Below, one piece after another: positions 14,436 through 25,719 of a stretch of DNA of 64,000 nucleotides (position 1 is the first letter of the stretch; each line of letters begins with the position of its first letter). The notes beneath the pieces were generated by a model, which saw nothing but the letters and a program-made list of their open reading frames with translations, had not been told where the DNA came from and did not search any database. This stretch comes from the human T2T-CHM13v2.0 reference genome, Homo sapiens: the NCBI RefSeq assembly GCF_009914755.1, contig NC_060936.1; one strand, given 5' to 3'. The position numbers were made by a program, and so were the translations under genes.

Positions 14436-14778
14436 TAAAGGGAGTATTTTAATAAGGGCTTTCATGGTTATAGGAGACAGAAAATCTAACTGAAATCTGT
14501 TGCAGAGTCCACAAGAGAATCCAGTTAGGCACGGTTGGATGCAGGAACTCAGATCTATTCCATTAAGAGGTGCCTTCTTGTCTTGCAGTAGGTATATTTT
14601 CTGTGCTGACTCCACTTAGAGGCAGATTTTCCTTTCCCCCGTACCAGGTCTTCATCTTCTTAGATATAAATCAAGTGAAAAAGCCATGACTGCTCCTCCA
14701 CTGTTCACACAAAACATTCCAGGGTAGAGAATTACTGGCTGTGATTGAGTCACCTGCTTATCCCTGAACCAATCATAT

Positions 14779-15588
14779 GCCTCTGCCGGCCTCTGATTGG
14801 CCAGACCTGGGTCACATTCCTACTGTGGCCTCTGCTAGTCTCTGATTGGCCAGGCCTGTGTCACATGCCCACTGTGGCCTCTGCTAATCTCTGGTTAGCT
14901 AGGCCTGTGTCACACGCCCATTGTGGCCTCTGCTGATCTCTGATTAGCCAGGCCTAGGTCACATGCCCACTGTGCCACACTGCTGGCCTCTGGTTGGCCA
15001 GGCCTGGGTCACAGGCCCACTGTGGTCTCTGCTGGTCTCTGGTCAGGCCTGGGTCACATGCGTACTGTGGCCTCTGCTGATCTCAGATTGGCCAGACCTG
15101 TGTCACATGCCCAGACCTGGGTCACATGACTACTTGTGGCCTCTGCTGATCTCTGATTAGTCAGACCTGGGTCACATACCAACTGTGGCTGGTGCTGGCC
15201 TCTGATTGGCTGGGCCTGGGTCGCATGACCACTGTGGCCTCTGCTGACCTCTGATTGGCTGGGCCTGCGTCACATGGCCACTGTGGCCTCTGCTGGCCTC
15301 TGATTGGCCGGGCCTGGGTCACATGCTTACTTGTGGCGTCTGCTGATTTTGGATTGGTCAGACCTGTGTCACATGCCCAGACCTGGGTCACATGACAAGT
15401 TGTGGCCTCTGCTGATTGACCAGACCTGGGTCACATGCCCACTGTGGCCTCTGCTGGCCTCTGATTGGCCAGACCTGTCACATGCTCACTGTGGCCTCTG
15501 TTGGCCTCTAACTGGCTGGGCCTGGGTCACATGCCCACTGTGGCCTCTGCTGGCCTCCGATTGGCCAGGCCTGGGTCACATGCCCACT
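14779..15588. repeat. Minisatellite, 49-bp unit, about 16 copies (ctgtggcctctgctggcctctgattggccaggcctgggtcacatgccca)
   Basis: Unit starts at 14822, 14871, 14920, 14969 and so on. Two units carry the same internal duplication. Confidence 0.95.
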
Positions 15589-15646
15589 TCTTGAAGCCAG
15601 TGACTTGGTCCCACTAGAAACATAGGGTTTAAAAGTGGTGAAGATA

Positions 15647-16415
15647 CCAGAGAAATGCAAATCAAAACCACAATGAGATACCATCTCACACCAGTTAGAA
15701 TGGCGATCATTAAAAAGTCAGGAAACAACAGGTGCTGGAGAGGATGTGGAGAAATGGGAACACTTTTACATTGTTGGTGGGACTGTAAACTAGTTCAACC
15801 ATTGTGGAAGACAGTGTGGCGATTCCTCAAGGATCTAGAACTAGAAATACCATTTGACCCAGCCATCCCATTACTGGGTATATACCCAAAGGATTATAAA
15901 TCATGCTGCTATAAAGACACATGCACATATATGTTTATTGTGGCACTACTCACAATAGCAAAGACTTGGAACCAACCCAAATGTCTATCAATGATAGACT
16001 GGATTAAGAAAATGTGGCACATATACACCATGGAATACTATGCAGCCATAAAAAAGGATGAGTTCATGTCCTTTGTAGGGACATGGATGAAGCTGGAAAC
16101 CATCATTCTGAGCAAACTATCACAAGGACAGAAAACCAAACACTGCATGTTCTCACTCATAGGTGGGAATTGAACAATGAGAACACTTGGACATAGGACG
16201 GGGAACATCACACACCGGGGCCTGTCGTGGGGTGGGGGGAGTGGGGAGGGATAGCATTAGGAGATATACCTAATGTAAATGATGAGTTAATGGGTGCAGC
16301 ATACCAACATGGCACATGTATACATATGTAACAAACCTGCATGTTGTGCACATGTACCCTAGAGCTTAAAGTATAATAATTTTTTAAAAATTTTAAAAAA
16401 GATTAAAAAAAAAAG
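15647..16415 (+). mobile_element. 5'-truncated L1PA (L1PA4/5-like): ORF2 C-terminus, 3' UTR and poly(A)
   Basis: ORF 15655-16173 is the L1 ORF2p C-terminus ([21 protein letters not shown]...[18 protein letters not shown]...MFSLIGGN*). It is followed by the G-rich 3' UTR and an A-rich tail. Confidence 0.96.
15655..16173 (+). pseudogene. Uninterrupted 172-codon fragment of L1 ORF2p, including the C-X3-C-X7-H-X4-C knuckle; no promoter, EN or RT domain
   Basis: ORF track translation matches the recalled L1 ORF2p C-terminus and ends at the native stop. Confidence 0.9.
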
Positions 16416-16424
16416 AAGCCATAA

Positions 16425-16660
16425 CAGTCCAATTCATGGGACAGAAAGTAGAATGGTGGACGCCAGAGGCTGGAGGAGGGAGGATTGGGGAATTAATGTT
16501 CAATGGGGACAGAGTTTCAGTTTGGGAGGATGAAAAAGTTCTTGAGGCAGATGGTGGTGATGGTTGCACAATTTGAATGGACTTACTGCCACTGAACTGT
16601 ACCCTTAAATGGTTAAATGGTAAATCTACTATGCATATTTTACTACAATAAATTTATTTT
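16425..16660 (+). mobile_element. L1MB-type 3' end fragment, probably carried here as 3'-transduced DNA
   Basis: acagaaagtagaatggtgg...agagtttcagtttgggaggatgaaaaagttct...gccactgaactgtac...caataaa. Confidence 0.8.
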
Positions 16661-17089
16661 ACTTTTTTGCAATCAAAAAAAAAAAAAAAAGAGAGTGGTG
16701 AAAATAGGACTCCATTTGCAGAGCCCTTAGTACCAAAGAGGAGTGGAGAGGTTTCCCCAAGGAAAACTGGATGCTGTTATTGGAAAAACAGAATACATGC
16801 TTGATGGGCAGACTGAACAGATGTCCACTACCGAGGGCACTTTCCACACAGTCCCAGAGGAGCCTGCCCCATTTGGAACCCACATGCTCTCCACAGCTGG
16901 GCCCTGGGCCAGAACGCCACTTCCTTGCTCCTGGCAGATCTGAGCTGGACACTTCTATTTCCCTGCTCCATTGTGCATTCTTCCTCACTCACTTTTATAT
17001 CGCTCAGAGCATCCTGTCTATGCATGGTGCTAATCAATACTTATTAGTTATGGCTCATTCCAATGCTAATATTTGGAGCACCATTTGTA

Positions 17090-17340
17090 TGATAATAGCT
17101 AACGTCTCTCAAGCACCAGCTACATGCCGGGTACTGGCTGAAGCGCTTCGCTGCTATCATTTAATCTTCACAGCATCCCTACCATAGAGAAACCGTTATT
17201 ATCTCCTGTTTACAGATGAGGAAACCAAGGCTGGAGCAGGTGAAGCCACTTTTGCACATGACTTCTTGTTCCGTCGTGGCGGCACTGCTGCCCCACCTGA
17301 ATTTGACTGATCTGAAGCCCTTGCTCCTAGGCATGCTGTC
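17090..17340 (-). mobile_element. MIR SINE
   Basis: atttaatcttcacagcatccct...tttacagatgaggaaaccaaggct. Confidence 0.7.
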
Positions 17341-17921
17341 ACTCTGTTTCTTTGGCCAAGTTCAATTGTCCTTCCCAGTGGCCCCCTTCTGGAGGGCAGG
17401 CGAGAGACTTCAGTTCCGGTAAATTGGCAGTGTTTCCGTGTAGACTGGATTGTTCCATAAGATCTAGATTGATGGGCTTGGGTGGTTCCAAGTGGAAAAA
17501 CCATGCTACCTTGGGGCACCAGGGACTGATTCCTTGGCCCTCATAAAGAAAGGGCCTGGTGCTTTGAGTTTCTTCACTGAATTTGGCCAGTGCAGGCAGA
17601 GAATGCATTCTCCAGTTGTCCTTGCCACTCCTCATTACTTTAGGTCCAGCCTCTTCACATATTTCCATTATCTGACTGGTCTCTGAAGACATTTGTATTT
17701 GCGGCCCCTTTTCTAGGGGTCAGTAGGTGCAAAACAGGCTATAGCAGAGATAACAGGTAATAAAATAAAAACCATGCAAGTTCCTCTCTCATCTGTGCCT
17801 CCCGCTATATGCACTACAATTCCTCGCTGTGTCTTTCTTTGTAATGTGGACAGTCCTATGCTTTATCTTTCTCGGCAGTAGGATTATGGAATAATACCTT
17901 TGACCAGCATTTACATTGTTA

Positions 17922-18320
<399 letters not shown>

Positions 18321-18784
18321 CTATAAAATGTAGGATTTCAAAGGAAATTTTATCAATGAAAGGCAGAGAAATATACAGACCATGAGATAAATTTATAAGT
18401 GGGTGAAAAGCTGACTTTTATACATGGGTGTGGAGGGCAACAATTGCCCCTCCACTGAACATAATTTATTTGTATGTCTATTGACAAGAATTGTTTCCAT
18501 TGCTATCATTTATTTAAAAGTTATGGAATTGTAAAATAGGTCAAGGACGACGCACTATACAAACATCATAGAATCAAATAACAGGAAAGATGTGTTCCAA
18601 ACGTGGCACAGTTTACCATTCATGACACTCAGTAGTCTTTTGGTCCACTTCGAAGCCTGTCAGAGTATTTCCTACAATATGTGGCCACTAAGTTATCTGC
18701 AGCTGATATCTTGCACCTTTCTTGGGCATCATGAATGTCCCTGTGGTACAATTCATGGTCAGGACCTAAACTGAAAAGTGAATG

Positions 18785-19032
18785 GCACTTTGGGAGGCTG
18801 AAGCGAGTGGCTCACCTGAGGTCAGGAGTTCGAGACCAGCCTGGCCAACATGGTGAACCCTCCTCTCCACTAATAATACAAAAATTAGCTGGGCTTGGTG
18901 GTGCATGTCTGTAATCCCAGCTACTCGGGAGGGTGAGGCAGGAGAATCACCTGAACCAGAAGGGGGAGTTTGCAGTGAGCTGAGATCACGCCACTGCACT
19001 CCAGCCTGGGTACAGAGCGAGACTCTGAAAAA
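18785..19032 (+). mobile_element. AluS SINE, 5'-truncated, short tail
   Basis: Starts at gcactttgggaggctg; contains cacctgaggtcaggagttcgagaccagcctggccaacatgg. Confidence 0.9.
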
Positions 19033-19694
19033 GATTAGAAGGGGAGGGGAGGGGAGGGGAGGGGAGTCAGTGGCCTCCCAGTATCTGTGAGGGTAGAGTC
19101 AAAGCCTTCTCTCCCGAAGCCCTTAAAATTGAAACAGAAAAGAGCAAACCATTGCAAAGGGGAGGCTGATCACCTCTGCAGCTTGAAGTTGAGTTATATA
19201 TGTACTCAGTTAATTAAAACAGCCCGTGAGTGGGCAGCTTCTCTTTGTTCAATGGTTCCTATCTTTTGAGTTAATCTTCCTTGGCATGAGACTTTCCCTT
19301 GGATCAGTAACTAGGATAGAGTGACTAATGGCTTGTAATCAATGATAATAGCGACATGCTTGTACACTTTCTATTTGCCAGCCTTTGCTGGCACTTGGTA
19401 TGCATCTCTTAATCGTCACATCCATCCTCTGCAATTATTTCTGTGTTACACATGTGAAAATTGAGACAGGTTAAGCCATTTGTCCGTGATCGCACACCTA
19501 AGGGGTGGCAGAGTTTTGAAGGCAGGATTCTGACTCCCAGGCCCATGCTTTGGTTGTCGACATTGTTGTTGTTGTTGTTGACGATGATGATGATGTTGGA
19601 AAATCTTTTTCATTTTGCTGGCAGAAAGCTGTTCAGAAAACTTCAAATGTGCTTAAAATTAATCACTCTCTTAGTTTTTGTTTCTCATGGTACA

Positions 19695-20085
19695 TTTTAT
19701 TGAGATACAATTCACATATTTAAAATTCACCCTTTTAAAGTGTACCATCCAATGGTTTTTAGTGTATTTACATACTTCTGCAACCATCACCACTGTTTAA
19801 TTCTTAAACATTTTCATCACCTCAAAAGGCAACCCCATATCCACTAGCAGGCATTTGACCTTCTTCCCTCCCCACAGCCCCCATCAACCACTAATCTGCT
19901 CTCTGTCTCTATGGACTTGCCTATTCTGGACATTTTATGTACATGGAATCATAAAATATGTGGTCTTTTGTGATGGACCTCCTTCACTTAGCATCATGTT
20001 TTCATGGTTTATTCATATGATAGCATGTATCAGTAGTTCATTTCTTTTTATGTCTGGAGAATATTCCATTGTATGGGTACACCAC
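19695..20085 (-). mobile_element. L1MB 3' fragment
   Basis: ttttattgagatacaattcaca...aaaattcacccttttaaagtgtac...cctattctggacatttt...ggaatcata. Confidence 0.8.
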
Positions 20086-21346
20086 AGGGACCTGTGCTCT
20101 TAGTCCCATTTGTTACTGTCTCTTTTCACTGTTGGGAGAAAAATTGGTACATTAAGAGTGGGGATGTATCATCATTTTGTTCCCAGAGGTTCTGGCCATG
20201 GCCCCCCTTGGGATAGGAGAACCTGGGAGACAAACCTTCCCCAAGCCCCGGTGACACTCGCTTTTCCAGGCTGCTTTGGAACCAAAGCTGTGCTTCTGTG
20301 AGATCTCTGACTGTGACAGTGGCTGAGCGTTCTGTCCCCAAGCCTTGAAAATGTTCCTTTCGGAAACTAATTGGCCCATCAAGGGATTGAACTGTGCCTC
20401 TCGCCACCGGTGCACTCTGCTTTTATTAACTCAGCTCTCCGCTCCAGCCTTGCCCTCCTGAAGTGGCTATTGATCTTTTAAAAGTTTTATGATCTCATCT
20501 TGGGGTCACAAAGAGAGCAGTGGCCTTTAACTCCCCCCAGGGCCTGGGATGAGTCTCTCCTCCTCACTTCCAGTTAAGCAGGTACCTGCCCTTTTAGTCC
20601 TGCCCTTGATGCCTTATTAGAAGGCTTGAAATACCACCTTCTTCGCGGCTCCCCTCAAATGAGGACTCTGCAGTGCCTTCAGGTAGCCATGGAAGAGTTT
20701 CCTAAACACCATTCACCATGTTTGCCATATCCGCAGGTCATTAGTACATACTATTATTATTTAGTTTGTCTTGTATATTCAAATTAACTCATTTTTTTCT
20801 TCTTAAATATATTTCAAGAGAAAACTTTATGTCATTACCGAGTATGAAAAAACTGTATCATTTGCCATAAATAAAAGCCAACCATAAAAATAAATGCAGT
20901 TAAATTCTTGGCCTTGGGCCCGCTTCCCTCCACGCCAGTGGAGCTGAGTGAGCCTAAATGGCTCCCTTCTTTCCTCCAAATGCCCCAAGAGAGCTTTCAT
21001 CTTAATCCTCTTTTGTATGAACAGAAGGATGCATTTGAAATTAGAATATAGGTCATGCCTGGAAGCGAGGCAGGCTGCCGGCCCCACCTCCCACACTGGT
21101 CGCAGCCTGTATGTCAACATGGATTCTCAATTCCTCCTTCACCAGCCCTCCCTCACCTCCGTCTGAGCTCCCCGGGTACCCACTCCCAGCTTTGCTTTTT
21201 CTGTTCTGCCCACCAATAACACCCTTTTACTTGAGTATCCATCTGAATTCGTTTGTACCTTCAAAGTCTACTTGTCGCCTTATTATCCATTATCAGATGC
21301 AAATGACTTTCCAAGTAGATCCTTTCCTCCTATTAAACTTACCTGA

Positions 21347-21676
<330 letters not shown>

Positions 21677-22987
21677 GAAAGTTTTTTTTTTAGTAATAGA
21701 TAAACACAGTTATAATTTGGGAGATCGTAAAAACATGACTCCAAATAGAGGTGACTAGGGGAGTTTTATTTTTAGGGGATTATCTATGCCAGCCCTGCCT
21801 TGCAACAATTGAACCAACTTCCTGAAGCCTGTTCAGTGGAATGCTAGCACCACACACAAGCGAATGCTGCCAAGGAAAACGAAGCTCCATTCGTGGAGTG
21901 GCCAGTGGCGCCATCTTATAGCCTGGGGGCGAGCACCTGAAGGAGCCTCCTTAGCCCATGCACGGGCCTCAGTGCCACAGTTGATGGGGAAGGAGACACA
22001 TGAAGAAGGCCCTTGCTCTGCCCTCCCTACATATCTCACTGCCTCGTAGCCCAGCTTTGTTCACACGTCCAACATACTGGCTTGTATCAATAAATCGTTT
22101 CTACTCTAATGTCTTCCATTAAGAATGTATCAGTTGTCATGTCAACATACTACTTTAAAATTGCTGAAAAACTGTCACTTTGTGAATATGTGTTGGGGCA
22201 AGGAGAACATGAACATGCCTCTTGCATTACCCACCCCTCCTCCCAACAAACGTCTGGCCCCCAGCTTCTCTTCTCCAATACATTTGGAAGATAATGCAAT
22301 TTATATTCTCTTTGTTGGAGCATCCCAATGCACATTACATAGTAGGAAAGGCACTGATAAGTCCTGCAGGAAGGAAACTTCTTGCTTCCCAAATATGTTG
22401 GATGGCAGAACCTCTCCCTGCAGGGGTGATCTACAAAAGGCCCACAGAGCCCACTTAGAGAAATGATGCACGTGCTCTTTGCTGAGTGCCTACCTCTGTG
22501 CTGGGCAGGAGAGAGGGAAGCAGAGGAGAAGAATGATTAACTGAGTCCCTGCCTTCAAGCTGGAGAGATGGGCTGATTGATACTGACCCAGATGAGCCAG
22601 GATAAATGTCTTGATCTACTTTGCTGTATGAATCCAGAGAGAGATAAGAGTGGGCTGTATGTGGTCAAGAAGGCTCTTTGGAGAAGTTTGAACTGCTCTG
22701 GACCTGGATAGGTGACTAAAATTTAAGTAAAGAGGATGAGGAGGTTCAAAGAAAGGGAACAGTTCAGCAAAGAGACTGTGACACACGTGTTCGCAGGCAG
22801 TGAGGAGAGATCCAGAAAGACACAGGTTCAAACCCACCATGTGTACTGCCTGGGGGACCTGGGTCAGACAACGTAATCTCTCCAAGCCTCAGTTCCCCCA
22901 TCTGTAAAGTGGGAATAATACTGTGAATTGTTGGAAGGATTAAAAAACAAGCAAATAAAAATAACCCATGAAAATAGCCTGGCAGAT

Positions 22988-23269
<282 letters not shown>

Positions 23270-23605
23270 TTAATAAATCTTACCTCACTGCAGCCTGGTT
23301 AGAGGGAGTCCAAGGTCACGGTCCAACGTGGGAAATTGGATGACCAAAGTAGATATATTTTTTTCACTCCATGCAGTGATTTTAAAATCAACACATTTTA
23401 TCTAAAAACCTGAATTTCTGAATTCTCTTGCAAAGGACAGAGGTGCATTGCACATGGCATTGATCAGGATGGAGAAGGAGTATGATTTTTCTTATAGCGA
23501 CAGTCCCCACCGCTCCCTGAGACTAAACTTACACTGCCCGCTCGCGCCAGCTTGCTACCCTCAGTGATATGACTTACCCCACCCCATAGGCATCTGCATT
23601 TTCAC

Positions 23606-23806
23606 CAGGGCTTCTCAGCTTTGGCTCTGTTGACACTTTAGGCCAGTAATTCTTCGTGATGGGGGCTTTCAGGTGCCTGCTAGGATATTTAGTGGCATTC
23701 ATGGCCCTTCCCACTAGATGCCAACTGCACACCCTCCTCTATCCCAATTGTGACAATGAAAAATGTCCTGCGGGGGGAAAAATTGCCCTTGGTTGAGAAC
23801 CACTAG
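23606..23806 (-). mobile_element. MER20 hAT-Charlie MITE
   Basis: cagggcttctca...cccactagatgcca...ttgtgacaatgaaaaatgtc...ggttgagaaccact. Confidence 0.8.
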
Positions 23807-25194
23807 TTTACAACACCAAACCTCCCACCCTCCAGAAGCTGAGGGTCTTATTATGAAGAAAAGGGAGCTAGAGCTGCAGGAAGATCATGAGGGCTCTAGA
23901 GAGTCAGAGGGAAGTTTGCACCAGATCAGGGAGCAGATATAAAGTCACTGCCACTGATTAATGCGGATATGTGTGGGCTCAGACGGAGTGCTCAGACCAT
24001 ATCAAAACGCTGTTGGAATCCCCATTCCGGGAATCTTTTTTTTTTTTTAATTTTTCCTTTTAAACACTAACAAAAGAAATGTTTAATTTGCAAATCACAG
24101 TGAGTTCCAAAACCCAGTCAGTCCTTGAACAAATGTGCAGCATATGTCTGTGGTGAGGCCCCTTGCAGACTCCTGCTTCCACCGGAGGGGAGGGGAAACA
24201 CCCTTTATTGCATCTGCAAAGGACACATTCCATCTGTGGGTTTCGCAGTATTTCACAGCTCACTTTGACTTTCCTTTGAAAAGGATGGATTCTCATCACA
24301 GCAGTTACCACAAATCCTGGGCTCCTTGAATCTGAACCTCTTTCCAGTCTTTAAAATGCAAAGTTCGCCATGATAATGACCAACCAGGATATTAGGCACA
24401 TTTGAGACCCAGCTGGAGTGCGTTTCAGAGCCAGGCAGCTGATGTCGATTTGCCTGACTTCTCATCTTCTCTTTTTACTGCATTAGCTCGAGGGGGCTCT
24501 GGTTCAGGGTGATCTAAGCAGTGCCAAGTCATAAAGGAACAAAGTTATGAGGAAATGGAGAAAGCAGATGTTTTATTCAGATTCCCCGAAGAGATGTATT
24601 GGGGGTGATGTATAGCTTATGGTTTTATGCCATTGAGAAAAGGTTGAGAAAAATTGAGTTGTGTACTGAGGGGGTGCAGGCTGCCAGACTCCAGCTTAGA
24701 AGAGCCAAACAAGTGGCTTCAGCTCCGCGAATCCTTCCTACATTTCCTCAGCAAATGCCACACCCAACTCTGTGGCAGACGAGGAGCCAGATATCAGAGG
24801 GTCAGAGATTCCAACGACAGGATCCCAGGCTTCAGTGACTGCATGGCCTTCTCGAGGAGACCACCATAGAAGAGGAAGTTGAAAATATTTGCAACCCATG
24901 TAACAGACAAGGAATAGTATCGAGAATAAGAAAAAGATAAATATAACCCAATGGAAAATAGGCAAGCACTATGAACAGGCAATTCACTGGAAAGGAAATA
25001 AAAATTGCCATTAAACCTGGGAAAAGGTATTCATACCACTGGGAATTAAGGAAATGCACATGAAAACAACAATAAGATTTCATTTCAGGTCAGTGTCAAT
25101 TCAAGCATTTCATAATCTCACAGGTGAATGGGGATGCAGGCAAAACAGACTCTTACACACTCTGTGTGGGAGTATACATTGATATAGATGCTGC

Positions 25195-25719
25195 TTTTTT
25201 TTTTTTTTTTTTGAGACAGGGTCTCACTCTGTCACCCAGTGATATGGTTTGGCTCTGTGTCCCCACCCAAATCTCATCTTGAATTGTGCTCCCATAATTC
25301 CCATGTGTTGTGGGAGGGACTTGGTGGGAGATAACTGAATCATGGGGGCAGTTTCCCCCATACTGTTCTCATGGTAGTGAATAAGTCTCACAAGATCTGA
25401 TGGGTTTATCAGGGGTTTCTGCTGTTGCATCTTCCTCATTTTCTCTTGCCACCGCCATGTAAAAAGTGCCTTTTGACTCCCATCATGATTCCGAGGCCTC
25501 CCTAGCCATCTGGAACTGTAAGTCCAATTAAACCTCTTTTTCTTCCCAGTCTCAGGTATGTCTTTATCAGCAGCATGAAAACAGACTGATATACCCAGGC
25601 TGGAGTGCAGTAGCAAAAATCTTAGCTCACTGCAGCCTCAAACTCCTGGGCTCAAGCGATCCTCCCACCTCGGCCTCCCAAAGTGCTGAGATTATAAGCA
25701 TGAGCCATGGTGCCCAGCC
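25195..25719 (-). mobile_element. Monomer-length Alu (FRAM-like or collapsed AluJ), interrupted by a THE1 LTR
   Basis: polyT-gagacagggtctcactctgtcacccag|LTR|cccaggctggagtgcag...ctcaagcgatcctcccacctcggcctcccaaagtgctg...cccagcc. Only about 165 bp of Alu remain once the LTR is removed. Confidence 0.85.
25240..25593 (+). mobile_element. THE1A-like solo LTR
   Basis: tgatatggtttggctctgtgtcccc...acagactgatata. TSD CCCAG at 25235-25239 and 25594-25598. Confidence 0.93.

Larger units (their letters stand above)
14440..16832. mobile_element. MLT1J/K-like LTR remnant, split by a VNTR and an L1 insertion
   Basis: gattgagtcacctgcttatccctgaaccaatca lies before the VNTR. ttccccaaggaaaactggatgctgtt...aacagatgtccactac resumes after the L1 TSD. 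Confidence 0.55.

Noticed and set aside
14745-15594. Trp/Leu-rich ORFs across the 49-bp VNTR
   Set aside because: Frame-shifting translations of a non-triplet tandem repeat.
15655-16173. 172-aa open ORF as a functional gene
   Set aside because: It is the C-terminal remnant of L1 ORF2 in a 5'-truncated copy. Openness reflects the young age of the insertion.
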